IMG/VR virus record: IMGVR_UViG_3300025168_000071
Location: 4,796-68,795 of that record
Reading direction: 5' to 3' (one strand)
Source: a virus
DNA length: 64,000 nucleotides
How positions within the stretch are numbered: position 1 is the stretch's first letter; each line of letters opens with the position of its first letter. A program made the position numbers and the translations under genes. A model generated the notes under the pieces. The model made no database searches. It was not told the DNA's origin and was given only the letters and a program-made list of their open reading frames with translations. Below are positions 46,482 through 56,568 of this stretch, piece after piece.

Positions 46482-46775
46482 TTATCCTTTTAATAGTTGT
46501 TTAGAATTTTGTTGAAGTTTTGTTTCAACGGTGTCGGGGGCACCTATGACCACTATCTCGGTGCCAGTGTGTCCCCGGTTGATTATCAGTTTTGAAAACC
46601 GGTGTGTCGTATCGAGGTCTTCATTTAATAGGCCTCGTTCATTAAGCTCTTGAATTCGCTTCTCTTCTCGTATCATGATCACATGCTCTGGGTTAACGAA
46701 AACTTCTCGTAAGATGTAGTTGTTCGGCCTCGTAACGGCGCCGGTGGCGCATACTTCTGTAAGTCTAACTAACAC
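46482..46775 (-). CDS. FlbD-like small protein
   Basis: LVRLT...VFVNPEHVIMIRE. Confidence 0.5.
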   Translation of the reverse strand: MLVRLTEVCATGAVTRPNNYILREVFVNPEHVIMIREEKRIQELNERGLLNEDLDTTHRFSKLIINRGHTGTEIVVIGAPDTVETKLQQNSKQLLKG

Positions 46776-47022
46776 TGGCCACCTCCGTCACTCCCATTGG
46801 GTATACGTCTTTCTCGTGTACTGCCCATGCTTGCCCTCTCGTATAGATTTGTATAAGGCGGTCATTCGTTTTCGGGTTTAACTCAGCGGTGCCTCCCATA
46901 CACACTCCTGTGATTGGCTTGTCCGTCTTCATATAGGGCGCGGTACTCTGGCTTGTGTCCGACCACAGCATAACTGCTTGTGGAATGTATACCAGATCTC
47001 CCTCATTAAATTTGCGTACCAT
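46765..47022 (-). CDS. SH3-like small protein
   Basis: FNEGDLVYI. Confidence 0.55.
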   Translation of the reverse strand: MVRKFNEGDLVYIPQAVMLWSDTSQSTAPYMKTDKPITGVCMGGTAELNPKTNDRLIQIYTRGQAWAVHEKDVYPMGVTEVASVS

Positions 47023-47026
47023 TTGG

Positions 47027-48598
47027 TTACTCCGTTTGTATAATACCGTAATTAGTGGTAATCAGCGTACCAGCACAACTTACCGCATTTTGGAGTGCTG
47101 TACGAGTTACCTTAACTGGATCTAGGATTCCTGCATCGTGCAAGTTTACCATCTTGCCACCGCGGAAATCCCAGCCACTGTTATCATCTGCGGCTAAAAC
47201 ATCTCTCACAACAAGGTCGGGAGAGATGCCGGCGTTCAAAGCCATCTGTCGTATAGGCTCCTTGCATGCCTCTTGGATAATCCCTCCGGCCATGGCTTGA
47301 TCACTACTATTAACTGACATCACCATGGAAGATGAGGCACGAAGCAACGCTGTGCCACCGCCGCCGACAATACCTTCTTCTTGGGCTGAGCGGACTGCTT
47401 CTAATGCGTCTTCAACCCTGTGTTTCTTTTCAATCATCTCGATCTCAGTAGCACCGCCGACACGGATAATTGCTACACCAGATGAAAGGCGCACAATGCG
47501 ATCTTGAATCTGCTCGCATATCTGTAGTGAGTCTGTTTGTCCAATGAGTGCCTTTAGCTGGATGATTTGTTCTTCGATCTTTTCGAAGTCACCGTTACCT
47601 CCAACTATCGTGGTTACATACTTGTTACTTTCAACGAACTTAGCTGAGCCCAAGTGGCCCATTTTTACTTCTGGCAGCTTTATGCCACCCTCGCGAGATA
47701 CAAACGTGGCACCAACAGAGAGTGCGAGATCCTGCATGGTGTTGCGGCGATCTTCTCCGTACCTCGGCGCCTTGATAGCGGCGATCTTCATGGTGCCGCG
47801 CACTGCATTCATAATCAAAGCAGCTAATGCCTGACCTTCAATGTCTTCAGACACGATAACCAGTGGGCGGCCTTCTCTTGCCACCATCTCAAGAATGGGT
47901 AGGATCTGATCAACAGCGTTAATCTTATAGTCGGTGACCAAAAACAGCGGCTCATCATGATACATCGTGGCGCGGCGCTCATCGGTAACAAATGCGCCGG
48001 CACAGTACCCCGCGTCTAAGCGAAAGCCTTCGGTGATGTCCAGCGAAGTTTCTAATGATCGTGACTCCTCAATCGTGATAGAGCCATCCTGCCCCACCTT
48101 GTCCACCGCAGAAGCAATAAGCTGCCCTATCTTCTCGTCATTGTTGGCAGAAATAGTTGCGATATGGCGAATGTCTTCAATACTTTTAACCGGCCGGCTG
48201 GCGGCCTTAAGGCACGTTACTACCTCGTTTGCTGCCACAGCCATGCCGCGCTGTAACTCGATAGGTGAGATGCCAGCCAGTATATAGCGTTGAGCTTCTC
48301 GTAGAATGGCGCGCGCTAAGACTGTGGCTGTGGTCGTGCCATCTCCAGCGTCACTATTCGTTTGTACTGCCGCTTGCTTGATTACTTGCGCGCCGGCGTT
48401 TTCAAAGGGGTCATCAAGCGCCACAAAATGTGCTACTGTCACACCGTCCTTCGTAATAAATGGGGGCTTCCCCTTCTCTTGTAGTAAAACGTTTCTTCCC
48501 TTGGGTCCCAGCGTTGATGCAACGTTATCCGCTAGGATGTTGGCTCCTTCGATAATCTTTCGTTGAAGGGCCTCTTTACTCTCATAGTTTCTACTCAT
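47027..48598 (-). CDS. groEL: Chaperonin GroEL
   Basis: TLGPKGRNV, ITKDGVTVA, AGDGTTTATVLA, GGGTAL, DPVKVTR. Confidence 0.97.
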   Translation of the reverse strand: MSRNYESKEALQRKIIEGANILADNVASTLGPKGRNVLLQEKGKPPFITKDGVTVAHFVALDDPFENAGAQVIKQAAVQTNSDAGDGTTTATVLARAILREAQRYILAGISPIELQRGMAVAANEVVTCLKAASRPVKSIEDIRHIATISANNDEKIGQLIASAVDKVGQDGSITIEESRSLETSLDITEGFRLDAGYCAGAFVTDERRATMYHDEPLFLVTDYKINAVDQILPILEMVAREGRPLVIVSEDIEGQALAALIMNAVRGTMKIAAIKAPRYGEDRRNTMQDLALSVGATFVSREGGIKLPEVKMGHLGSAKFVESNKYVTTIVGGNGDFEKIEEQIIQLKALIGQTDSLQICEQIQDRIVRLSSGVAIIRVGGATEIEMIEKKHRVEDALEAVRSAQEEGIVGGGGTALLRASSSMVMSVNSSDQAMAGGIIQEACKEPIRQMALNAGISPDLVVRDVLAADDNSGWDFRGGKMVNLHDAGILDPVKVTRTALQNAVSCAGTLITTNYGIIQTE

Positions 48599-48627
48599 TA
48601 ATACCTCTTAGTTTGAGTTATGTATCT

Positions 48628-48656
48628 ATTATACCCGCTCGTCATAATAATGTCAA
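48628..48656 (-). promoter_or_regulatory. Consensus sigma70 promoter of groEL
   Basis: TTGACA-N17-TATAAT. Confidence 0.8.
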
Positions 48657-48661
48657 GGGAT

Positions 48662-50356
48662 TTATTCATCAACATCTGCAATTTTTCTTGTATCAGTTCC
48701 AACCTTATCCGCTGCAGTCGCGGCGACCTTTGCTTCGTCTGGCTCGCTGAGGCCATTAGCGAAAAATGCATTAAGGCTGTCAGACATCGCTGATACCTGA
48801 TCAAAGATTCCAAATACTTCGTCCATAAGTTCGCCGCGCGCTGATTCTAGCACCCTCATAACTGCTGCGGCGCCAATCTCTAATCTAGCGAATGGTGCAC
48901 CTCCGCCGAGCTTAATTGTCACACCTCTTGACAATACCCAGTGAGAGTGAGTTAGATATCCTTTAGTATTCTTGATTGCCATGGCTTTAAGTTCGGGTGT
49001 TAAAGAGTTGTACCACTCTACCACCGGTGCACCCGTGACCCATTCGCCTGACTTGTCGAGGAATTGAGCGCGGGCGTCACGGGTTCTTATAACTTCTTTC
49101 TTAAATTGCATGAAAAGAGGTTTAACAATCTGATCTCTAATGCCTCTAGCCATAACTTTGTCCTCTTTCGAAGGGTTGCTATTGAGAGCTAATGCAATCT
49201 GCTCTCCTAAAGCACCATCTGCAAGAAGCGTGTTAGCGTTTTGGGTCGCCTCTATGCTGTCTGTATACACTTTAACCAGTGTGTTGAGAATTGCTTTCTC
49301 TTGTTCTTGGTCGACCCCTGCTTTTCTGAGAGACGGCAGGTCTGTTTTAGAGAGGTAGTCGGCCCACAGGCTGGATATCTCTGCGGAGTCGCTGGTGTCG
49401 CTGCGGGCTGGAATGCTCGCTGCCCAATTAAGCGCGTCGGTTTGTTCGCCGGTATTCATATATTCAGTTAAAGCTGCCATGAAAGTCGTGTTCGACAATA
49501 TGGCTTTTCGGCCGGCGTCTGTTGCCGACAACAATTCAAATAGATTTTTGCGTGTAATATCGAACTGATAGAAGTCAATTCTACCTTCTTGCTCCACACC
49601 GGCGCCCTCTAAAATTTTAGTGCATGCAATATATCTCATTGCACCGCCTTCAAATTCGCGGTTCGCGTTTACCCATGCTGCCCATTCGGTATTAGGCTCA
49701 AGCATGTCGTTGCACAGATCAAAGAAGCTGCCTCCGACTTCCAGTCCCTTGTCGCTATACAATTTGAGGCTGATAGGCACCCTCTCTCCCTCTATGTTGG
49801 CAGTGATATCAGCGATAGTCTTGGCTCCACCGGCTGGGATCTGTCTTCCTTGCATCAGTGCGGCAAGGAATGCTTCAAAGTTGAAGCCCGCAGCAGATGC
49901 GTTAAAATTGGTAATCGCCATTGTCAGAGTTTTATAAAAGACCAAATAGGCCATGGCCTGTTGGATGAACTCTTTGGGATTGTCTTTCGGAATTGAATTA
50001 ATGCCATCGGCCATAATACGAGAGACTGCATTAAGCTTGTCCTCAAAACCTGAGCCGGGGATCTTGCTTAGATATTGTTCAAGGCCGCGACGTTGTGATG
50101 GCGGTGCGTTTGGATCATCCGATAGGGCATCGTCATCCGCATTCGCCCATCCGAGTTCTGAGATTGGGATCATTGGGATCTCGGAGATGTGATAAGTTCG
50201 AATCTTGGGCCTTTGGCCGGCCTCTTGTATGGGTTCGGATAATACTCGCGAGAACTCTTCCATCGCTTCTTCGATCATCCCAATCAGTGAGTGGGGGGAC
50301 ATGATACTCTTCTTCTTCTTGTATTCCTCGCGAAGAATCTTGTTTAAATCAGACAT
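48662..50356 (-). CDS. Hypothetical (probably virion) protein with possible PD-(D/E)XK-like motif
   Basis: ILREE leader; GFNFEAFLAAL...IADI...ISLKL. Confidence 0.6.
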   Translation of the reverse strand: MSDLNKILREEYKKKKSIMSPHSLIGMIEEAMEEFSRVLSEPIQEAGQRPKIRTYHISEIPMIPISELGWANADDDALSDDPNAPPSQRRGLEQYLSKIPGSGFEDKLNAVSRIMADGINSIPKDNPKEFIQQAMAYLVFYKTLTMAITNFNASAAGFNFEAFLAALMQGRQIPAGGAKTIADITANIEGERVPISLKLYSDKGLEVGGSFFDLCNDMLEPNTEWAAWVNANREFEGGAMRYIACTKILEGAGVEQEGRIDFYQFDITRKNLFELLSATDAGRKAILSNTTFMAALTEYMNTGEQTDALNWAASIPARSDTSDSAEISSLWADYLSKTDLPSLRKAGVDQEQEKAILNTLVKVYTDSIEATQNANTLLADGALGEQIALALNSNPSKEDKVMARGIRDQIVKPLFMQFKKEVIRTRDARAQFLDKSGEWVTGAPVVEWYNSLTPELKAMAIKNTKGYLTHSHWVLSRGVTIKLGGGAPFARLEIGAAAVMRVLESARGELMDEVFGIFDQVSAMSDSLNAFFANGLSEPDEAKVAATAADKVGTDTRKIADVDE

Positions 50357-50365
50357 TTGCTTTCC

Positions 50366-51001
50366 TCATATAATTTCGTCAGCGATTCCATACTCAACCG
50401 CTTGTTCTGCTGATAAATAGATGTTAACTTTTTGTTCTAGCATTTTTTTGAGTTGCTTTTTGGTCATTTTTGTTTCTTCCACCAAACGATCTATATACAT
50501 TTCTTGCAGGTCTTGGATTGCCTCCATTTCGTTGATGAGGTTATGAAGCGAACCTTGATTGCCGGCCACTACAGAGTGTAGCATTACTCGGCAGTTGCGA
50601 CCAATCTTTCGCTTGCCTTGTGTACCCCCTGCTAAAATAAGCACGCCGGCAGACATGACCTTACCCATTCCAATAGTGCTGATGTCAGTTGTCTGTTGGA
50701 TGGCCTTCATCATGTCATACAGCGCAAACATATCATCGGCATTGCCGCCGTACGTCGAGAGATAGAATTCAATATCTCTTTTATTCTTGGGATCTTTAAT
50801 GGCCTTGTTAAGCTCGTTCATATACAACATCGCGTGAACAATCTCTGCCACCTTCTCATCTATCACCTCGCTAAACAGTCCCACAATTCGCATGTCAGGC
50901 TCGCTATCGGCTGCAGCGGACGCCAAATCAGCTAAGCTGATACCCTCAGCGCCACCACCTTCTGCTATTTCTTCCAATAGTTTTTTTATTTTTCTAATCA
51001 T
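50366..51001 (-). CDS. clpP: ClpP-family protease
   Basis: STYGG, GKVMSAG, MLH, YLSAEQAVEYGIADEI. Confidence 0.9.
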   Translation of the reverse strand: MIRKIKKLLEEIAEGGGAEGISLADLASAAADSEPDMRIVGLFSEVIDEKVAEIVHAMLYMNELNKAIKDPKNKRDIEFYLSTYGGNADDMFALYDMMKAIQQTTDISTIGMGKVMSAGVLILAGGTQGKRKIGRNCRVMLHSVVAGNQGSLHNLINEMEAIQDLQEMYIDRLVEETKMTKKQLKKMLEQKVNIYLSAEQAVEYGIADEII

Positions 51002-51002
51002 T

Positions 51003-51407
51003 TTAGTCCCTCCGTAAAAATTTAAATAACTCTTCTTTATTAGAATCGATATGTGTCATTGCACTTCTCCAATCGGAGAACTGCGTCACAGGTGAAAAGA
51101 AATCCCCTGTTAATTCAATTATGCCTTGCACCGAATTGTATTTATAAAGGCGAACTTCCTCATCGTGATGAAGCTTAAAGGCTTTTACATTGTGTTCAGA
51201 TGCGTCGTTTTCTTTCATCAGATTAATCCGGTACTGGCGGGACCATTCTAAGTTCTCAAGGCCCCGGGCTATAATAAATAGTCCGATAGTTTGTGCAAAT
51301 TGTACTATTTTAGCACTGGTCCTGACAGAACCCAAAAAATAGAAGGTGCGGCAGGTAACATAGCCGAAAATAAATACTAAAATATGTAGGAGCCATTGCT
51401 CGTTCAT
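51003..51407 (-). CDS. Membrane-anchored hypothetical protein
   Basis: N-terminal TM. Confidence 0.6.
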   Translation of the reverse strand: MNEQWLLHILVFIFGYVTCRTFYFLGSVRTSAKIVQFAQTIGLFIIARGLENLEWSRQYRINLMKENDASEHNVKAFKLHHDEEVRLYKYNSVQGIIELTGDFFSPVTQFSDWRSAMTHIDSNKEELFKFLRRD

Positions 51408-51427
51408 TATTTTACCTTTAAATAAAT

Positions 51428-51452
51428 AACCACCGGGGGATCCCAGTGGTTA
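51428..51452 (-). terminator. Probable intrinsic terminator
   Basis: TAACCACTGGG-ATC-CCCCGGTGGTTA hairpin followed by TTTATTT. Confidence 0.55.
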
Positions 51453-51453
51453 T

Positions 51454-51482
51454 ATTATAACTGATCGCAAGACTTATGTCAA
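51454..51482 (-). promoter_or_regulatory. Consensus sigma70 promoter
   Basis: TTGACA-N17-TATAAT. Confidence 0.75.
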
Positions 51483-51485
51483 CAA

Positions 51486-52103
51486 TTATTTGCTTCGTTG
51501 TGTTAGTCTTTTAAAGATTCGCTCAGTAAGCTCATCAGTCATAGCAGTCTTACGGTTCTCTTTTACAAGACGCTTTGCCACACGGGCAGCTACCTTGTTC
51601 ACGAGTTGCTCCTGCATGGCCAGCTCATCTTCCATTGCGCCGGGATCGACGTCTGGTACAGGCTCTGCCTCTGGGCCATCTAGTGAAATATCACCTCCCT
51701 CTAGGCCCTCGGGATCGGCGTCATCTAATGCGCCTTCATCATTGAGATCAACTGTACTGTCGACCTCTTCGCCTGTAACCTCTTCCATAGCCGTTTCAAA
51801 AGCAGCCATGAAATCATCAACGGAAATCATCATACCTTCTCCGGTACCCATGTCATCCATGGCGTCGTCAGTGGATAGCTCGTCATCTGCGGCCCCAAGG
51901 TCTCCCTCAAGGTCATCGATCTCAGCGCCTTCCTCATCAGCCATGGCGTCCATACCACCAAGCTCATCTTCTGTAGCCTCAAGCTCGTCGTCGCGTGCTC
52001 CGGGGTACATGCCCTCCATTTTTTCATTGCCAAGGGGTCCCATATTGGCCAGTTTCATAAAGCGGCGAATCTCCGCTTCGTTTAAAAGTGTCTTACGAGC
52101 CAT
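51486..52103 (-). CDS. Acidic scaffold-like virion protein
   Basis: LLNEAEIRRFMKLA, D/E-rich core, VAARVAKRL; ACTATTTA upstream. Confidence 0.6.
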   Translation of the reverse strand: MARKTLLNEAEIRRFMKLANMGPLGNEKMEGMYPGARDDELEATEDELGGMDAMADEEGAEIDDLEGDLGAADDELSTDDAMDDMGTGEGMMISVDDFMAAFETAMEEVTGEEVDSTVDLNDEGALDDADPEGLEGGDISLDGPEAEPVPDVDPGAMEDELAMQEQLVNKVAARVAKRLVKENRKTAMTDELTERIFKRLTQRSK

Positions 52104-52161
52104 TATATTTCTCCTTTAATAAAAACTCATCTGTAAATAGTGTTGCATTTAGGTAAATACC

Positions 52162-52425
52162 TTAAAAAGTTATGCCTTTATTGAGGCAGCGCTTCTTAAT
52201 CTTAATTAGTGCTTGGGATTCTATCTGTTTTACTCTTGCAAAAGAAATCCCTAAACGTTCCGCAACTTCCCTTAATGTCATCCGTCCGTGTTCATAAATC
52301 GCCACTAAAGTACAGTTACGGTCATCTGGGAAATCTATCCAGTATTTGCAATCCGACTCGCCGCAGCTAGTTTTATTTCGCATACATATGCGTGAGCACT
52401 CTCGTAATCCGTCGTAGTTTCTCAT
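52162..52425 (-). CDS. Stand-alone sigma-70 region 4 HTH protein with Cys cluster
   Basis: MTLREVAERLGISFARVKQIESQALIKI. Confidence 0.8.
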   Translation of the reverse strand: MRNYDGLRECSRICMRNKTSCGESDCKYWIDFPDDRNCTLVAIYEHGRMTLREVAERLGISFARVKQIESQALIKIKKRCLNKGITF

Positions 52426-52745
52426 AGCTCGGGACCTTCCTGCTCAATTAAATCAAAGATGTTATCTACATCATCTTCCGAAAGTCCAAAATCTCTAATT
52501 TTTTGAGACCCGATTTTTTCGAGTTTTTCGGATTTAGCTCTCTTCTCCTTTGATTTGTAAGAGACGTCATTCGCGTATTCGACTATTCTAGGGTCGTCAT
52601 TGATAAGACCGCTGACGACATGCCTAAAGAACGCTGCTTGTGTTATTCGAAGATATTTCAGCTTCAATACAAGCTGTGCGTGGCGATGATCGTTCTCAGT
52701 GAAAACTATGCGTTTGGTCATCTTTCCATATTCTTCGGCCGGCAT
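52422..52745 (-). CDS. Hypothetical protein (possible RHH-like)
   Basis: KRIVF...ITQAAFFR. Confidence 0.55.
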   Translation of the reverse strand: MPAEEYGKMTKRIVFTENDHRHAQLVLKLKYLRITQAAFFRHVVSGLINDDPRIVEYANDVSYKSKEKRAKSEKLEKIGSQKIRDFGLSEDDVDNIFDLIEQEGPEL

Positions 52746-52746
52746 A

Positions 52747-53787
52747 TTACCACTTCCTTCCTACTATATGGGTATGACTTTCTGATAACCCTGATGTAGT
52801 CTGTTTTATAAACTTAGCGCGGCTATGGAGACTATCAAGATCCTTGGCGCCCGAATAACTAAAGCCGGAGCGGATTCCAGTCTCTAAGTCGCGCAGGATG
52901 TCACCTACGGGACCTCGATAGGGAATCCGAGTAGCCACGCCCTCTTGGGAGTTATAGCGGCCGCGCCAACTGATTTGAGCTTCTTTGCTTGCCATGCCTC
53001 GATAGGACCTCCAGCGTACGCCATCGATGTCTTGGTAGGTATCTCCGGGGGCCTCGTCTGTGCCGGCGAGAAGTGAACCACACATAACTGCATCTGCTCC
53101 GGCGGCCAAAGCTTTCACAATATCACCACTCGTTCGGATGCCGCCATCAGCAACAATCTTAATATCCCTATCGGTCTGCGCACAATCTAATATTGTCTGT
53201 AAGCCCGGAAGGCCATGGCCTGTTTGAATGCGCGTTGAGCAGATTGAACCTCCACCGATATTGCATCGGGCTGAGTCGGCACCCCAATCGGCAAGGTCAT
53301 TAATGCCTTCTAGGGTGGCAACGTTGCCTGCCATGATATGGAAGTGCTCGCCCAGCACCTTTCGAAGGGCGTATAGGGCTTTCTTCATTAAGACGTGGTG
53401 GCCATGGGCTACGTCCACACAAATAAACTTAACGTGCTGTGCTCTCAGGGCCTGTGCTCTCTCTAAATAATCTCCCGAGACACCGAGGGCAGCACCTATA
53501 TTAATTTGATAGTACTTGTCACTACACATTGTTTTAGTAATGCCGACCAATCTCATTTGTTCTTCAATAGAGTTATACCGATGTATAATGGCGGCCCCGC
53601 CGGCGCGTTGCATAGCTATAGCCATACTAGACTCCGATACTGTGTCCATCGGCGATGCGAAAATGGGTAAAGTCAGGTTAAGACCGCTGCCCATGCGTGT
53701 ACCTATGTTTATGTCTGCCCGAGACTCAATCTCTGAATACTGGGGCACCAACAACACATCGTCGTACGATAATCCTTTCTTAATCAT
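52747..53787 (-). CDS. IMP dehydrogenase / GMP reductase family, CBS-less
   Basis: SPMDTV, DVAHGH, GGGSICSTR, ADGGI, YRGMAS. Confidence 0.9.
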   Translation of the reverse strand: MIKKGLSYDDVLLVPQYSEIESRADINIGTRMGSGLNLTLPIFASPMDTVSESSMAIAMQRAGGAAIIHRYNSIEEQMRLVGITKTMCSDKYYQINIGAALGVSGDYLERAQALRAQHVKFICVDVAHGHHVLMKKALYALRKVLGEHFHIMAGNVATLEGINDLADWGADSARCNIGGGSICSTRIQTGHGLPGLQTILDCAQTDRDIKIVADGGIRTSGDIVKALAAGADAVMCGSLLAGTDEAPGDTYQDIDGVRWRSYRGMASKEAQISWRGRYNSQEGVATRIPYRGPVGDILRDLETGIRSGFSYSGAKDLDSLHSRAKFIKQTTSGLSESHTHIVGRKW

Positions 53788-54151
53788 CTTTCTTTGTGCT
53801 CCGCTTCTTGGTGGGGGCGCGTCTCTTTTTGCCGGGGGGTGAATTCCTGTACGATTCCGAACGCTCCATCAGTTGCTCTTCAGTAACGGGGGAAGCCTCT
53901 TCGGAAGGTGGTGGGGGTGGTGGGGGAGCTGGCTGTGGGGGAGCTGGTTTCTTTCCAAAGTATTGCTCCAAGGTGAGCATAGCGCCCTCGTATTCAGCCA
54001 GCAGTCTAGCGTGCTTTGTTATTTCATCAACCAAACTTGTGTGGTCAGGAACCATCGTGGGGTTGGTGAGCAGCACATCTATGAGTGCCAAAGATTCAAC
54101 AGCTTTTGCCTGTAAGGTGGCACGTGCTGCCGTATAAAGTTTAATATTCAT
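53780..54151 (-). CDS. Hypothetical protein with Pro-rich linker
   Basis: ORF. Confidence 0.6.
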   Translation of the reverse strand: MNIKLYTAARATLQAKAVESLALIDVLLTNPTMVPDHTSLVDEITKHARLLAEYEGAMLTLEQYFGKKPAPPQPAPPPPPPPSEEASPVTEEQLMERSESYRNSPPGKKRRAPTKKRSTKKDD

Positions 54152-54516
54152 TTTGATTTTCTCCTTTGATCTTCGATGAATTTTCTAATATCTGAGACTT
54201 CATACCATGTGTCATCATTCGGTTCCTCTGGCTCAGACATCAGACGAATGCGTGGGTTGCTACCCACCTTCATAAAACAAATTGCCGGGACTCCTCTGAA
54301 ATTTAAGATGTTCTCAATCTCGGGATAATCTTCGACATTGAAGGCGTAAAAGTACACTTCGTCATCAAATTCTTCAGACAGTTCCTCGTATCGTTCCTTC
54401 AATGAATGACAATAGTGGCAGCCGTTGCTGTAGAATTTGACTGCAAGGGCGGCTTCCTCTTTTATTTTGCCTGACAAAAGTATTTGCAGGGCCTTCTTGC
54501 TCAACCTTTCAGCCAT
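54148..54516 (-). CDS. Thioredoxin-like protein
   Basis: FYSNGCHYC, GVP. Confidence 0.8.
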   Translation of the reverse strand: MAERLSKKALQILLSGKIKEEAALAVKFYSNGCHYCHSLKERYEELSEEFDDEVYFYAFNVEDYPEIENILNFRGVPAICFMKVGSNPRIRLMSEPEEPNDDTWYEVSDIRKFIEDQRRKSK

Positions 54517-54703
54517 TCTTGTCTCCCTGTTTTTCAGAACCGGTATAGGCTCGCTCGACTTCTTCTGTATCAAGGCCCAATGTCTTTAGGACGCTGGTTA
54601 CCTCCTCGGTAATATCCTCGGAGTCCGGCACTTCCCAGACATCATGTGTCTGGATAGGTGTTAGTAGCCTACTGATCAGTGACTTTTTCAATTTCTTGCT
54701 CAT
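54509..54703 (-). CDS. Hypothetical protein
   Basis: GGAGG RBS. Confidence 0.5.
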   Translation of the reverse strand: MSKKLKKSLISRLLTPIQTHDVWEVPDSEDITEEVTSVLKTLGLDTEEVERAYTGSEKQGDKNG

Positions 54704-54944
54704 GGTTTTTTAATACCTCCTTTGTTGTTTCAATGCATTCAGGGCAGAAGAGACGAACCGCCTCTTGTTTTACCACCACATTCCAAGAGAATACCATATC
54801 TCGGTCCTTCTTGTCAAATGATTTCTGACAAGCGCTACACTGCTCGGGAAGCTTCCCAAACAACTGGACCTGATCGGCCATTGCTTGTTCGGCATCGCCG
54901 GAGCGGCGCTTGCGCTCTACGTCTCTTCGGTGCTTCCTACTCAT
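54669..54944 (-). CDS. Zinc-finger hypothetical protein
   Basis: CSAC...FCPEC. Confidence 0.65.
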   Translation of the reverse strand: MSRKHRRDVERKRRSGDAEQAMADQVQLFGKLPEQCSACQKSFDKKDRDMVFSWNVVVKQEAVRLFCPECIETTKEVLKNHEQEIEKVTDQ

Positions 54945-55426
54945 TTAACAAGCATCACTCCCAATTGTGGCATGTCTCGCTGTGCCTTTTCCTTCTTAAA
55001 TACTATCACGGCGGACGGAAATGGGGCACTGTTTTCCCCGTTGCCAAACTTAAGCCTCCCTTTCACAAAGTAGATCGCGTGAGCCTTCATGACATAATCA
55101 TGCCAGTACCGTGTGTCAGTGCGGGCTGGGATAAGTGCAACCACCATGGTTTCTTCCTTCTGGCCTTCTTCGTACGCCTTTTTAATCCAGTGCTTGATCA
55201 CTCGGCCATAAGGAGGGTTCATAAACACCTTATTTCCTGACCAATCTTGCTTGAGGCCATCCTCTGTTTCCGTAAACCTATTCTTAACCTTATAATTCGA
55301 ATCATTAGTGCAGGGGTCTAGTGTAAATTCTCCAAACGTTGCTTCCAACTGGTCGAAGAAGTGTTGGGGTGTTGCCCACTCTAATGATTTAGAGCTGAAC
55401 ATTGCATCTTGTGTTGCCTTATCCAT
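54941..55426 (-). CDS. Phage N6-adenine DNA methyltransferase
   Basis: WATP, LDPC, FMNPPY, PARTDTRYWH, GRLKF. Confidence 0.9.
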   Translation of the reverse strand: MDKATQDAMFSSKSLEWATPQHFFDQLEATFGEFTLDPCTNDSNYKVKNRFTETEDGLKQDWSGNKVFMNPPYGRVIKHWIKKAYEEGQKEETMVVALIPARTDTRYWHDYVMKAHAIYFVKGRLKFGNGENSAPFPSAVIVFKKEKAQRDMPQLGVMLVK

Positions 55427-56568
55427 TATCCCACCTTCTTGTAGTCGCGCTTCATGAAATCCCACTCGTAGGCTTCGGTCTCATCGCGGTCCATCTGTTT
55501 CACAAACATTACATGAGTTGGTTGGGGCATTCCTGCACCCACAACATTCACGTTGTTGTTCCACGCAGTCAATTGCTTGATTGCGCTCTGTCGATATTGT
55601 TTGACAGTCTCGGTAGACGTCACGGTCGCATCAATAGTTTTGCCGGCGCGCAATACTAGGATGCCAAACTTGCGAACGGGCGTCCATTGCCCCTTCGCAT
55701 ACCAGTGTCCAATCAGCTTCTCGCGAATCTTGCCGTGTCGAGTAGAGCAGCTAATCTTGAACAGGTCATCTTCGGGTTCGGTCCAGTTTGTATCGGGCCA
55801 GTACTTCTGTAGATTCTTCTCAATTTGGTCATCATCTGGCATCGGCAGTGAGGCGCCTCGGTGGTCTGCGAATGCGGCATTGATAATGCGCCCCCTGTAG
55901 CGACTCTGACTTTCGTGGCCAAAGTCTGGTGAGACCTCATTGACGAGCCATTCGCTAGCCCATTCTTTAATTTGAGGGAGTTCCCACTTGATTGCGAGCG
56001 GATTCACTTCACACTCTAACTCATACGCAGTCTCAAGCTGGCATGGATAATCAATAATGGCCACCTCATCGCGCACCGTGTTCTGCTGTTTGTTCCCCAT
56101 GCGAGCTAGCCGGTGAGCTACAGCGCGCTTCTGGGAGTCCTTCATGCTCGGCGTGCCAATCAACACAACATCACAGCGTGAAGTGAGGCCTTCGCTGATT
56201 GCCTTTTCGTGGGCGCGAATACGCTTGTTGCCCACAAAGACAAAGACTTCTCCATTGGACATCCTCATCCCAATAAGAATGCGTTGGGGTGCCTTCTTGA
56301 GGACATAGAACTCTTGATAATAGTCCTTGATTCCCTGCTCGTTGTTCGCTCGGGTCTGGAAGAACTTGTAGTGTGGGGATGTTCGGGCGCCCAATTTGTC
56401 ACAATCGTATCCAGCCAGAATCTCTATCTCGTAGTTCCCTTCTTCGATTTCTTGCCATACCTTGCGCTGGCGGTCGTCAGTATCAACCGAGGGATCATTA
56501 TAACCCAGCTTGTTGATGTGGTTTAGCGCTTCTACATAATAGCGCTGGTCTTTTACTTCATTTAACAT
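55426..56568 (-). CDS. Hypothetical protein, possible ParB-like N-terminal domain
   Basis: VFVGNKRIRAH resembles ParB GxxR. Confidence 0.55.
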   Translation of the reverse strand: MLNEVKDQRYYVEALNHINKLGYNDPSVDTDDRQRKVWQEIEEGNYEIEILAGYDCDKLGARTSPHYKFFQTRANNEQGIKDYYQEFYVLKKAPQRILIGMRMSNGEVFVFVGNKRIRAHEKAISEGLTSRCDVVLIGTPSMKDSQKRAVAHRLARMGNKQQNTVRDEVAIIDYPCQLETAYELECEVNPLAIKWELPQIKEWASEWLVNEVSPDFGHESQSRYRGRIINAAFADHRGASLPMPDDDQIEKNLQKYWPDTNWTEPEDDLFKISCSTRHGKIREKLIGHWYAKGQWTPVRKFGILVLRAGKTIDATVTSTETVKQYRQSAIKQLTAWNNNVNVVGAGMPQPTHVMFVKQMDRDETEAYEWDFMKRDYKKVG

